Source: Euprymna scolopes (lineage: Eukaryota). From it: a DNA stretch of 64,000 nucleotides. Positions 13,368-27,066 of the stretch are shown in pieces. Under the pieces are notes generated by a model that saw only the letters and a program-made list of their open reading frames with translations, made no database searches and was not told the DNA's origin. Position numbers and translations under genes: made by a program. The DNA lies in the NCBI GenBank assembly GCA_053919585.1, contig CM132809.1; one strand, written 5' to 3'. The number at the start of each line of letters is the position of its first letter. The stretch's first letter is position 1.

Positions 13368-14299
13368 GACCCCCCCTCTCCATCCTCAAATTTCCCGTCA
13401 AAATGATAACATATACACCATTTTTCTGCAGGGGTCTCCCCCTCTTTCATTCAAAAGTCCATATGAAATCAATTCAAACAAAGTTCGTAAAATCATCAAA
13501 AATGTAAAAGATTTAAGTTCGTCAGTTTTTTTCCACATGCAATTTTTTCTTTGTTTGCATATATTTTTTCAATTCACATTCATAATTCAAAGATAAGATA
13601 ATCATCATTAAAAAATTTAAACTCAATAAAATGCATTAAGTTCATTAATTAGCTCAAAAGAGTTACCCCCTTGTTTAAAAGTGTTGTCCCCTTTTTTCAA
13701 AATAACATTACTCGATTTTTCCAAGGTTTCATAAGCGTTATTTTCCCTTTTTCCAATTTCTGTTCATCAATTTTATCATATTTCAATTTTTCCCCACAGA
13801 GTCACAATTTATAAGAGGTTTTTTTTTCAAGTTTTTTTTCACTTCGCTGCTATCAACAGCACAGCCTCGTAATAAAGGGTATGCACCCCTAATCAGGGTT
13901 CTCAATGTACCCGCTTTTTATTGAGCTAGGGGAATTTTTCTCACCTTAAGCAGTTGTAGTTGAACGTTCAACTTTTATTTTACAGTTCAAGTCTTCTTTA
14001 TAAGCATTTTGTAAGATTTTCTTTCACTGAGGACTTCTTCTCATTTCAATAGGCGGTCATTCAATGTATCGTTGGGAAGTTTTATTCGATGGTTCTCAGC
14101 TCGGCGCCCTGCAAAAACTTAAGGTAAAACGGAGAGAAAAGAAAAGAAAAGAAGGTCTTCAAGTCGTTTTCAGTTCACTTGGATTTCAGCATCAGGGAAG
14201 TCTCTGGGTTGCACTTCGTTTTCTTTAGCACCAGCCGCCGCGTTTTCCAGAAGCACAGGCCGTTTCGGACCCGCCATCTCTGCAATCAGCTTCGAGATT

Positions 14300-15610
14300 C
14301 TATTCACCTTGCTCTCTTCCCATATTTGCTCTCTTCACGCCCCATACAACCACCAACAACATCACAATTATCGTTACTAGCGTGCTAACTCCAGCTCCTG
14401 TAACCATTATCTTATGAAGGCTTTTCCTAGCTTCTGTAATCTCCAGACCGGTTAATTCATTCAAATCTATCCGAACAACTCCTCCCATAGCTTTTGGTAG
14501 GCTAAGTCGGGTATGTGGTTGTGAATTAGTGATCAGGGTGTCCTAGAGGTCAGTGAGGTTAGTCAACTGGTCATTCGCTCACTCTACCTTTTATTAAATA
14601 CCGTTCCTCAACCTGAAAATACTCGGTAATCCTATGCCCTTTCCCCGGGCTTCACAACCCCTGTCCAGTTCTACCATAGTTTAAGATGTTCCCACCTTGA
14701 TTATCCCAGCAGCCGTATTACCGCATGCCTTAATCAAATCTATTCGTATATTGCGTGGATACCAACCAGGTGGCTTCAGCTTTTCTTATAGCCAGTGGCA
14801 AAAGAACTTCACTTGTCACTTCAACCTTGCAGACACTATTTATCACTCTCTCATCCCCCTGAAATAATCCCAACACACACAACTAATGACATACAACGGA
14901 CTCTGTGATCGGCAAATTCCAAGACCATTATTTCGGCATATTCCTGCCTCTTGCTGATTCAACAGCATAAATCTGTCTCTTCCCATATTAAACGCTACAT
15001 ATTCTGACTCCACTCTGTAACTGGCTACCAAACCTAACTTGGGTGGGTCCAGCGAATAAGGCACAACTTGATAAACCTTGTATTTTGTTCTTCGACTTAT
15101 CGAATCCTCTTCGTTAATTCAAACAAAAACACCAAGAGTTTAATATTCGGGTATATTATTATACTCCCCAAATATCTATTGTATCCATTAACACAGCTAT
15201 GACTGACAGTCATCGATCTCCCCAACCGCCCTACAGTCGGAGCGTTAATCAATGCTATTTTTTCCTAACCACAAGCAGAGCGAACGGGGTGCTCAGGGCC
15301 ACCGAGGGTCAACAATTCGCGATTCTGTCCACTCGCGTTGCACAGTTCCATCCTTCTGCCAGCTACCACTCGCTGCTCTGCTATCAGGCCATCTCTCCTG
15401 GTCTCCACAGATACACCAGCTTGATCACGCCCATCCCCGAAACACAGCGAGTAAAATTCCGTCAGTCAGTACACAACTATTTACAAAAAGTTAAGCACCT
15501 TTTGTCACAGGCTGTTTAAACAACCAATTCAGTTTCACTAAAATTACCCCGTAGCCTCATGGATAGTCAAAATAATAAAAAAAAAACTACAGGAAGCTAG
15601 ATACGCCACC
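14300..15610 (-). pseudogene. Degenerate env-like glycoprotein (baculovirus F / errantivirus env-like)
   Basis: Fragments YKVYQVVPY..VASYRVESEYVAFN..FMLLNQQEAGICRNNGLGICRSQSPLY, CVLGLFQGDERVINSVCKVEVTSEVLLPLA..WLVST and MVELDRGCEA..IGLP, then a TM helix VSTLVTIIVMLLVVVWGVKR. The Cys spacing is typical of F-like env. Many frameshifts. Confidence 0.7.
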
Positions 15611-15667
15611 TAATTCATTGAAGTCCCCTCGATATTTCAAAACATATCCCCCTAATACAATCTTTGT

Positions 15668-15820
15668 CTCTCCGTGTGACACACCCACGCTCGTGCAGAC
15701 AACGACCTCAATTTCGGCATAATTCATCTATCTCCCCATGGACGAATGATATGATACACTTCTTCTCTCTCCGTGTTACACACACACGCTCGTGCAGACA
15801 ACAACCTCAATTTCAGCATG
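15668..15820. repeat. ~100-bp-period direct duplication inside the env element
   Basis: TCTCTCCGTGT.ACACAC.CACGCTCGTGCAGACAAC.ACCTCAATTTC.GCAT occurs twice. Confidence 0.9.
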
Positions 15821-17757
15821 TATCTCCTTATGGACGATTAATAAAAAATAAAAAAAAAATACAGGGAGTGATCCACACGCCCACAGCGTCCTCCCAGGCA
15901 GCATGTCCGAATCCAGAAATGTACCAGGAGGTCACGCAAGCATCGGCAAACTCCTTACTCCCAAAATTCAACTTAAATGTTCCGTAATCCCTTTCAACTA
16001 ACTACAAAAAAAAAAAAATACTAAAATCTTTTATATTTAACGACCTCGCTCGCGGTTTGCGCCCTTTAAGGAGACTCACGTAACGCCTCGTTACGCACGA
16101 GAAATTCTGTCTTTTTTTTTTCATTTATATATTCAGGTGCGAACATCACGCACCGGATTTACTTGCAATGGAAAAATCCATCTAAAAAATATAAATCGCT
16201 TGTCGCGCACAAATTGGATGCGCTTAATTCAGTTATCACTTCACTCAATGATATTAATAATTAATTCCAAGTAATTCCTGCCAAAAGTGCGGCCTTTTAA
16301 CTCACATCTCGCAAATAAGAAATCCTTCCCGACTAAGGCAAAATGTTAATTCCGCCAAAGATCCATTTAATATCGGAACTTAACACCTTTAATTATCCTC
16401 GACCGAACTATCAATGATTTTGTTCCGTTTAAATGTAATCCTCCCAGACTGAGGTAACAAAAACATTTTTTTTTCAAATTCAACGCTCAAAATTTAATAT
16501 TTCCAAATTTTCTCGTTTGAATACATAAAAACACAACTTTCAACAGTTTAATTCTCACAACAGTGTTCATCATCGCTACATAAATATACAGCCGATATCC
16601 AGCTAAAATGTTTCGTCAAAGGTCTCGAACTGCTTAAAATAGTATTCTCGTTTTTTTAAACTTTAGTTTTAACTAAAATCAATCATCAGAGTTCTTCCTT
16701 CACAATTTTAAATTGTAGCGTAACTAAAGTAAAAAACAAAACATTATCATCAGAGCCAATCGACTCTAAACAGAACTCGACGAATATTCACTTTAAAATA
16801 AGTGAACAAAACTCTATACCCTCATATTAAGCTATTCTTGAGGAAGAGTAATCATTTTTTTATTCAAGCCTCGCATTGGGTGGGTCATGGGGGCCACACT
16901 TCATCCCATTTCCGATTTTTCGTTCCCCAAGAGGCAGGTATTCTCTCGCAGTTCCCATTTTATCTTGACCACATGTCACTCAAGGTCATTCGAACCCTTT
17001 GTCGTTGACCCCTGGTGACATCAATTAGAATCAAGTCAGTCTTCCGGCCCTGCAGGAATTTCTCTGGGCTATTCATCACCACCATCGTTGAGAGGGCTGC
17101 AAAAGCCTTCTCTCCTTCATCGTAAAAGTTAATTCCACCCTGACCTCTGCCACTATCACCACCGTTCCAGACGTGACCCTTCCTTGTTGTTATAATGCCC
17201 GCATCCACGCGATCCCCTTTTACGCCGGAATCGCAATTAAGAATTCCTTCTTACGTCTTAACTAGACATACGCGCAAGGATTTATTTATCTCATCATTAT
17301 TATGGATGATCACTCTACGCCCCCCCATGATAGTAAATTATTAAAGTATACGCAATATCAATTATTTCACAAGAGAGAAAAATTAGAAACACCAAGAGAA
17401 TAATAATAAAAACAATTATTCAATTACCAAAAAAAAAAAAAATAACTTCAAGCAAAGGCAATAAATATATTTTCCACTTTCTCTCTTTCTTTTTCAAGCT
17501 TTTAATTCAATAAAGAAAACATATATATATACATTTCATTTAAGCGTCAATTGGATTACAATCAATTGGTTTAGCATTACAAACAATAACACTTTTTCTT
17601 CCTTCTTTATCAAGCCTTTTAATTCAATAGAAAAAATATATATAACTCAATTCCATAAGGAAAATGTCCACGCCACAGCGATTGGTCCGTTTTAAAAACA
17701 ACGTCCGCTTGTACCTTCAACAATCCCCCGTTCCTTTCATTAACTCACTGATATCAC

Positions 17758-17999
17758 TGTTATGGATTGGAAGCACACACGGCTAATTGTTAATTTCACA
17801 GCGACAGCAAAGCACCGCTATCTCTCTCAATATAATGCTTCTTACTATCGCTCTCGCTCTCTCTCTCTCTCTCTCTTGGCCGATTTGCACAGACGAAAAA
17901 CAAATATTAGTTTTAATTACAATAGACACGTTATTCGGTATTTTTTACATTAACTACGACTCACCTTTCACGTCAAGTGTCGACATTTATAGATTAACA
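17758..17999 (+). mobile_element. Possible short solo LTR
   Basis: TGTTA...TAACA termini. It shares a TTACAA..CGTTATTC motif with the candidate LTR at 31783. No TSD seen. Confidence 0.3.
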
Positions 18000-18859
18000 G
18001 GATATGTTAATCATCAATACTACAGTTCAATGTGGGGTTGATAAGTAATTTACCAGGTATCAAAACATGTGTTATGAAAAGTAAAAGCAAATAACTGGCA
18101 GCCATTTTTCTTGCAAATGGGAAATTTGTTATGCGCATTCTAACAACATTTTCGTACCCCTAAAATTATGTAAGACGGCTTTCGAATAAACAGCCATACC
18201 TCCTCATTTTAAAAACCGCTTCGGGTTAAACGCCTCCAATTTTGCCATGTAAAGAACTGTTTTCGAATAAGCAATCTCAATCTACCCATGATTAAAAGTG
18301 TTATAGGTATATACAAATCCACTTCCCTATAATGAGGATAGCTTTCGGAATGAACTTTCTAGCTTTTAATTATGGGAAAGAAAAATATATGGTTTGTTGT
18401 CTTGCATGTATGCACATTTCTTACTACATAATTGTGAAAAAGTAGTTGCGATGAATTACATTAGCTTGTATATATTGATATCCTATGTTGTTGCGTCACA
18501 TAAACGATATATCAGCCCAAATTTTAACATGATATTCGTTGTTACATATCAAAAAATCCAATAAAAGTCGGCATCGTCAATCCAAACACCGCAATGAGAC
18601 TGAAATAAACTAATAAAAGGTTTACACGAAAGTAATCGTTTAAACGGCTAAGTGGCATTTCCAAGTACCAAATGACACATGCCATGTAATTACAATATTG
18701 CAAGCATAAATTATATTTTTCTACATTGTGTTTTGAAATCATTCTACACAATAAATTTAAATTAAATATATTTTACTAGAATATTACAATAAGTTATCCT
18801 TAAAATGGTAAAGAAGAGGATAGATCTTACAAAGACTTACAGTCTGCAATGAGTTGCTT

Positions 18860-19620
18860 AATCTAGAAAACAGCATGCCGCTGTCGTTGAAAACTCAACT
18901 TTTTCTTCGGTACCGAATCTTTTCTTTATAAGTTTAATGTGACGTGGAGATAGTGCACTTTTGCAATAATGTGTGGTTTATTCGATTCCGTTTTCAGTTT
19001 GAAGAAGATTAAAATGAGTGCAATTTTATTTAATGATCAGTCTGAAGCAATTTTCTCGACCCCCCCTAATTTTTATTGCCACTGATTCAAGATTAGAGAA
19101 CTTTAATTGAACAAATTACCATGTGACGAGAGTTTTATTCCTCGGACTACCATTATTCCTTCTTACATGCTATTTAAGTTTATGCGTAAACACCCTAATA
19201 AGATTGTTATTATATCAATATGTCTATAAATGAAGCTCAATAACATACCACAATGCTGTTGGCTTTTATATTCAAACACATTTCTTTCCTCAAAGCCGGT
19301 TTTATGTTGATTCCTAATCCATTGGAAGGCATTAAAACCTATTCATTTGCACTTCTTTCAGAAGTTAGACTCAAAATGTTTATGAAGAGCTTCTTGAAAA
19401 ACAATGCTACTAGTACATAAAACAGTGTTCAGATATTCACTGCTGAAAAATATATCATTTACAGAAATGCATTATTTACTAATGGCATTTTATATATATA
19501 TTGCATATTCAATAGTTTAAACAAGCGGTCATTTAAGAGTTTACAAATGTGGATAGTGACATAAATAATAATTGCAATCCTCACAGGATATTTTTCAAAT
19601 TTGAGAATATGAAGATTAAA
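18860..19620 (+). mobile_element. Very degraded CR1/L2-type LINE 3' fragment
   Basis: HWKALKPIH and YEELLEK(N)NATST.KNSVQIFTAEKY resemble the HERALR / YEELLxKxxxxSIHxKNxQxLxxExYK C-terminal motifs. Confidence 0.4.
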
Positions 19621-20459
19621 AATGAACTCAAATAGAGGATTAGGCTACTGGCGCGGATTCAATAACATAAAACACACCTTCGTGTACTAGCTCCATGAGG
19701 GGGGTGCAGAAAGATTTATTATGAATTCATTTTCGATTTACCAAAAAGAAAATTATGTACGATGGTAAAACATTCAAATATATGAAATACAACCTGGTAA
19801 CGTCTGATACTGAAGCTACTATGAAACCGTAATATTTCTATCCTTTATCCATAGAATGAATAGTATATAAGATAATCCTCGCAGAACCCCCATTTACAAC
19901 AGGGTATTTTATTTAAAAGTTTAAAAGCCTTCATGCAATTATCAATATAATTTCATATGATTACTTATTACTGAAAGAGATACTTTATTATAATGATAGT
20001 GTCTATCACGGTAAAAAAAATCATATCTTTAAAGTTATATATTTATGTTTTATATGATCTCTAGAAATCCAACTAGACAGATTTAAATTGTTTTCATCAG
20101 CGCAAACACAAACTTTTTTTAGGTTATATATTGTGTATTTACTCAGCTGTTTACTTTTCAATCGAAATTGGTATTTCGGAAAAAAGGATATTGATGGATC
20201 TTTTACATAGAACTAATGATTACATTCCAAATTCGTTCTCGTTGATGTTTTCTTCTCACGGGAGATTTGCATTATGCACATCAAAATCAAGTTTCCCTCC
20301 CTAATTCTATTTATATCTCTTTACCTCTTTCTCTCCTTTGAAATGCCACAATTTTTATAAAAGTGAAACCGTGTGGTATCTGTATAAAAACACAACTACG
20401 CTGTCAATGTTCAGTATACAGACTCGAGATTTTACACAAGAAATATTTAGATTTGAGAA

Positions 20460-21060
20460 AATGTTGGTAATCAGTTTTTAGCCAGAAATGTTTCTTTCAA
20501 ATTGTTACATTTAAACGATTTGATCTTTGAAAACTCTAACAAACTACTTTCTCAATTTTAGGTCTTAACATTTGAAATTGTAGATGTAGGTAACTTGACC
20601 ATGGTGCACCCTTTCACATCTCATCTAAGCCAAAAACAATAAATATCAAAGAATAAGAATTGGGTAAAAATCACAAAGAAATTGGTATTTTCGTTTTCTA
20701 AAAAATAAATCAGCCAATTTTTGGTCAAAACATTTCAAATGTTAGATAAAATGTATTCAGATAAATTACAATAATATACGGTGCTTGGCTCAAAAAATTG
20801 TCTTCCAAAGGGGAAACATTTTAACATATTTGGTATTTTCGGTCTCTAGCAAACTATTCAGCTAATTAAGTATCTAAATATTTGAAATTGAACATAAAGG
20901 TAAATCGGACATGCAGCAAGTTTTTACTAAGATTCCTGTCGAAAGTTTGGACGTCAAAAGTTTAGAGATGAAGTACTTGACTTTTGTAGATTCTATCGAA
21001 CGCCTCTGCCAATGCTGAGTCTAAACATTTAAAATGTTAGATGTTAGTTACCTGAGCATA
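20460..21060 (+). repeat. Degenerate ~150-bp tandem units related to the Helitron internal repeat at 40040-40230
   Basis: Recurrent TTGGTATTTTCG and CAAT....GTCTAAACATTTGAAATTG..GAT motifs. 21000-21050 aligns by eye with 40043-40097. Confidence 0.55.
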
Positions 21061-21071
21061 GGTCAAACATT

Positions 21072-21142
<71 letters not shown>

Positions 21143-21200
21143 TACACATAAAGTTAGCAACAGTACACACGGTCCTGAGTAAATCTGGGCTGAACTGCCA

Positions 21201-21271
<71 letters not shown>
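21072..21271. repeat. Two (TA)n microsatellites separated by 67 bp
   Basis: Direct reading (21072-21135, 21203-21271). Confidence 0.95.
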
Positions 21272-21273
<2 letters not shown>

Positions 21274-24109
21274 CATTTAATCTAAGGCATAAAATTGTTA
21301 ACAAAACGTGTTTACTTTATAAAGTAAAGGTACAACATATATGCACTATATAAAATAAAGGTACATGATTCAATTTGAAATTGATTGATCTTCAAAGTGC
21401 ACTTTTATAAATTTTACAAATTAAGTTAGAAAAATTTAATTTAAATTGAATAAAAAACTACTTCGGATTTATTTTATGTAATGTACATTCTGTTGTACTT
21501 TCTTAAATAATCATTGAAAATTTTATATCTATATCATTATTTGCTAGATGAAATATAATGTTATTAAATTTCAACAAAATGTAAATTACATAAAATAAAT
21601 TCAGGGTGATTTTTTAATAACATTTTAATTAAATGTTTATACCTTACTTTGTAATGTTTATAAAAATGCACTTGCAGATAAACAAATTTTATATTGATTC
21701 TTGTACCTATATTTTAAAGCTTATAGTAAAAACACACACACACACATAGATATATGTAATATATATATGCATATACTCACAAAACAACTTGCCTTGATAA
21801 AGGGTTACTAACAATTGCTATTTTAAATGATCTGAAATAGCAACAAGTCTTGAGCTTGATTCTGAATATTTCTCATATGTTATTGTAAAGAGGGTACTAT
21901 TATTTATATCTTCAGTATTTAACATGCTCTTACACAATGAAATTCAATTCACGTATGAAAACGAATATAAGAAATTTATAATATATGTGAAATATTTGGC
22001 ATGCATTTCTGTTGTATATGATTATTTGAAACTATATACATAACTATATATTTAGTTTCTACCAACAAATGCTCGAGAACTATCAGCTATTTTGGAATTG
22101 AGATGCAAAATAAATAAACAAGCAACTATTTCTGCCTTAAATATGAGTCAAGTTGTAATACCTTTCAACCTACAAATCTTGCAAAATGTCTTCCATTTTT
22201 TCGAGAGTGCTGATAACGAAAATAACAATTAAAATATCAGCAAATGAGTAGTGTGCAAAATACAGTATAGATTTAGTTTAAAAAAGGAAGGGGATTATTT
22301 TTCTGTATACACTGAACATTTAAGGAACCCCCATTTAATAACCAACGTCTCTTGTTCTTTTTTATGCACTTTTTTCTTTGTAATTATGGCTTCATCGACC
22401 ATCAAAACATTTTCCTTAAATAAAAAAGATGTGTATGTTTTGTGTGCTTAAAACGAATATCATTTTCTGCTATAACATATTTTACCGGGTATTAAGTAAT
22501 GGATTTATTCAAGATTTCGGCTGGTTCAAACACAAGCGCGGAAAATGTTGGATAATATTTAGAAAAATAATGTATTTGCGGCAAATTTAAATGCGATATT
22601 CGTTTCTAGCTCACTGGATATCCTATAGCAAACACATTTGTTTAAGGTTACTTTTCTGTTATTCTTCCGCGCCACAATAAATACCAGCCCTAAAAAATAA
22701 AACAACCATCTCTACAAAAAAAAACATGTAGCCGGAAGGTGAGTGTCATTTAACATTAAATAAACATAGACAAAAATGTGACACTTCAAGGGCAAATATC
22801 ACATAACCCACTTAACTCTCCAGGTCATTAGCTTTGCAAAGAGTTTTTATGACTTAAATTGTGATCAAAAGTCATCGATATTTCGAACTTATGAAATGTC
22901 CTTAAAAATGGATTTATAAATATACCTATGCTTGCAGCAAAATTACATAATGAAATGCTTATATCTTTGGTTTATGGGAAGAAACTACATGGATATTTTC
23001 AGACTTTTTAAGATTACAATACTATTGTATGGTTTTAAATGTATAGCAACTCGTTCAAAGGAACCTATGGTTTAAAACAATAAATTATGCCTAAAATTGC
23101 TTTCATTACTATATAGCCAGCAACATTAGTGTTACTACTTCGGTTGTCACTCCTACATTTGTCTGTTTATTGCTTTTTTAGTGTTCCTTAAATTTGCCTG
23201 TTTTCCTGCTTCGATTGCTTCCACTGTNNNNNNNNNNNNNNNNNNNNNNNNNNNNNNNNNNNNNNNNNNNNNNNNNNNNNNNNNNNNNNNNNNNNNNNNN
23301 NNNNNNNNNNNNNNNNNNNNNNNNNNNNNNNNNNNNNNNNNNNNNNNNNNNNNNNNNNNNNNNNTGCGGGAGAGTACAAGATATTTGACATTTTTCTTAT
23401 TTTAAAATGATGTTTACATCTACATACATGAATTTCTAACCCGTGATGTGACATTTACTCTCATGGGATTTACTTGAAGTTTTCTCCTTGAGAGAAATGC
23501 CAAAACAATTTGTCCTATTTAAAAATTACTATCATTCTCCTGTGTAACTATCTATTCTTATAGAATGATTTAAATATAAAATTCCCTTTAAACATATTAC
23601 AATAGTCCAGCACCAATTAGGATTCCTGCGTTTATTAACCTAGTGTAGGAAGCCTGTGATGTTCTGAGTAATAAAATTATCACCTTCGTGTTTCTTAATC
23701 ATACAAAGTGTGGTAGCTTTGTTACATGTTTTTTTTTTTACTTTTATGTTTACATAAATTCACGTTAAAAACATAGTAATTGTTGTGGGTAAAATGTAAG
23801 ATTTCGAGTAGGAATGATCAGTTTAATGATAAGAATAACTAAGACGTTATGCTACTAGGAAATTAAGTCGATTAAGCGTCAGTTTCAAGTCATTAAACCG
23901 CAGGTATTCCCAATATATCTGCACAGCATACACGATAAAGGTAATGCCCTGTTTTTAACTTGGATTTACGTTTCTTAAAATTACTCTTGTATTATTTTTT
24001 CATTCAACATATTTACATCGACATTGAGAAAAGCTGTATTTGTATTCTCGTTAGTTTACTGTAGCGAAAAATTATAATTAAAGTGTTGCTTTAACTTCTT
24101 TATAATTGC

Positions 24110-24900
24110 AGTACTTATGTGCGTATGTGACGTAGATATAATGCAGCGAAGCATATCCTTAAGCTGTATCCTTTCCTGTATAATTTATGGCGCTAAATGT
24201 ATTACTTTTACTCGGAAAGAATATAAGATATAATTTGTTTTAATCATCCCAAATACAATATGCTGTATTACACATCTATCCTTGAGAATAACTTTACGCT
24301 TCACAGTGATACTTTGAAAAATGAAAGATTTATCAGGAAATAACATTTTGTAGAAATGCATGACGTTAATAAACCCAGAATATATTTTTACTAATAATTG
24401 TTTATATAACTGCATACTTGTCCTGTATAAGGGGGCATTAGGAAAAGATAACACGGAAATTAACTATGAAAATGTAATGACGTGGGCATACAAACTCTAG
24501 CGTAGATCGGACAACCGATTGGAACCCCTTGCTAGTCCCATCCCGGATATGGAGCCATTGCTTGTAGCGTTGTCCTCTCGATATTTATTGCGAATGGATC
24601 AATACATCTGTAAATAATACAAGTCATCCGCTACATAATCCTCACAAGCCGATTAATCCGAAAATGTATAACAGTTGCTTCTATTTCTCGAAATGGTAAT
24701 AATTAATCTGATATTATAAATTTCATGTGGACCTAAAAATATATTATTGCAATTTTCTGACGGACCACGTGCAAGAATTTGACAACAATAAATTACTTGT
24801 GTTGGTAAGCTCAGCAAGACATAATTAAAAGTAAATGAGTATCACCCATGAGTCTTGTTGTAATAATCGATATAACATGTGTCTGTTTGCACCAGTGAGC
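24110..24900 (-). mobile_element. Very degraded LINE RT fragment
   Basis: Minus strand shows IFLGP, DYVADDL (YADD-like), SFPNAPL and IHLAP in the expected order. Confidence 0.35.
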
Positions 24901-26661
24901 TTTACAAGTGTTTATAACTGAGTTGATTGTCTATTTGAAAAAAAAACGCATTGTAAAAATATCTAGCAGTTGTTTTATATATATTTGAAAACCCCGTTTT
25001 TTATTAATTTACCGATGCAATATAATTAGTTACGTTGGCTGTCGGTAATTAATGTTACAATTCTAGCAAAATAGAGTTGCGGCCATTATATGTTACAGTG
25101 TAACTGCAGTTTTCGTATACGATGTAAAATTCCCCTATCCCAGGCAGGGTCGTTTGGCGAGGGTTTCATCTCTTTTAGTCAAACGTTTCATGGCCTAGAA
25201 CAAAGAAAACATTCTGTTAAAGTGTTTTTTTATAGACGTGCGCGTTTGTTTTATTAAAAAAAATACAGCAATTATTCCTTGGCTGTTCTCATAATTTAAA
25301 TTCAAACATGTTTTAAGATTAGTAGGGTTTGGCCTTTCTTGTGCATAGATTTTTTTTTTTATTTATAGGTTTCCCAATAGTGTCGCGTTTGCTAAAAATT
25401 GATTCGACATTAATAGTGTGCTATTAACGGTTAGCGCCATTTTGTTTATTACAACAGTGTTGACATATTTAATTTTGATCATGTCTTTTAAAATGAAAAT
25501 ATATGACTTTATGTCCAATTTTGATTTTTTAATATTTTTATCATGATTTTTTTACTGTTATATATTTGCATAATACATTTTAAATGATTTTTTCCCGTTA
25601 TACGTGCATGTGATTTATCTTATTTCTACAGTGAAAACTTTTGTGTCCTGTTTTGTACATGGCAAACATTTTTTACATGTATTGACTCCCCTGATCTAAA
25701 TGCATATTTTCACAGTGATTACTAGGTAATAGAATTTACCTTAAATTATTTAGAATATTAAAATATGTTTGGCTATATTTCCAAGGATGCTTACCGAGAG
25801 AAGAGAAAAAAAAATTATCTTATCAAACGCGCCGGCAATTCTTGGGAAAACGTCGTCAACTGGATAAATACGGAAACAGGAGTATGTCTTATACACGACT
25901 TCATACAGTTTTGAACAACTCGTTCACATGCTACGGCACGGCCAGAAACAGTTTCGTATACGCGCCCGACACCCGTGGATTTGAGTTTAAACCCCCGTGG
26001 ATTTGAACCGGAACAACTCCATAGACACGACACGATCCCGAAACAGTCCGTACCAACCCGACACGATCCCTAAACAGTCCGTCGAAACCACGTGATTCGG
26101 TTTAAAACAACTACGTTGGAACGATACGACACAATTTAGAATGGCTCCGTCATAACGACTCAACAGGAAACATTAAAACAGCAGAAAAAAATACTCCGTG
26201 AATTACTCTGGTATATGCTTTTAATTGCCGTCGGACGAACTCATTTTCGTCGTAAGTCTTTGGCACAATTTTTCAGCGCTTTCGCGTATACGCATCACAT
26301 TCTTCCTGATTTCGAGATCACACCACTGACAATTTTTGGCAGGTTGCTTTTTCTTAGTAATTTGCTTAACTGTGCAGGCTCGGAAACTTCCTCGAAAAAT
26401 GTTTACGGTGTTANNNNNNNNNNNNNNNNNNNNNNNNNNNNNNNNNNNNNNNNNNNNNNNNNNNNNNNNNNNNNNNNNNNNNNNNNNNNNNNNNNNNNNN
26501 NNNNNNNNNNNNNNNNNNNNNNNNNNNNNNNNNNNNNNNNNNNNNNNNNNNNNNNNNNNNNNNNNNNNNNNNNNNNNNNNNNNNNNNNNNNNNNNNNNNN
26601 NNNNNNNNNNNNNNNNNNNNNNNNNNNNNNNNNNNTTGTAACACCGTTGACTGTTATGATA

Positions 26662-26890
26662 CTGTCGTGGAGGAATGAGAAAAGCAAAGAATAAAAAAAA
26701 AAACTAACATATGCTTTCTTATCATTTTTCACTTTTTTAAAGTGTGTTATTCGACGTTGAATTTAACGCTGAATGAAATTAAGAACATTTTTGTTTGTGT
26801 TATAATTTATGTGCGATTTTCTTTCCTAGTGGTTCTTAAAAACAACTGTTTTGTGGGGAAAATAGAAAAGGTTACCGCAAGAATGTGCTC
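26662..26890 (+). repeat. Dispersed repeat copy A (MITE-like), homologous to 34711-34965
   Basis: Shared GGAGGAATGA.AAA.GC.AAGAATAA, CGTTGAATTTAACG.TGAAT.AAAT and TTTTGTGGGGAAAATAGAAA.GG.TTACCG. Confidence 0.85.
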
Positions 26891-26984
26891 TGGATCCTTG
26901 GGTTTATCATTCTTGAAAGACATTTTATCATGTAATAGTATATATAATAGTAGAGCTTTGTCATCTGTGAAACCATATTCGTCA

Positions 26985-27066
26985 CAATTTGATCAGATCT
27001 ACTGCCCCGCTGTGTACACCCCCCTTGTGTCGCTGAAGATTCATAACTGAAGCCGAATGTTAGCTA
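26985..27066 (+). mobile_element. Penelope-like C-terminal fragment plus decayed hammerhead-like motif
   Basis: IYCPAVYTPLV resembles the PLE GIY-YIG terminus (YxLPxVYxxL). It is followed by CTGAAGA-TTCA.TAAC.TGAA-GCCGAATGTTAGC. Confidence 0.35.

Noticed and set aside
14109-14308. Intron in the env cytoplasmic tail (AAG/GTGAAT donor, pyrimidine tract + TTTTGCAG acceptor on the minus strand)
   Set aside because: The signals are plausible but common by chance, the downstream exon would be tiny, and there is no transcript evidence.
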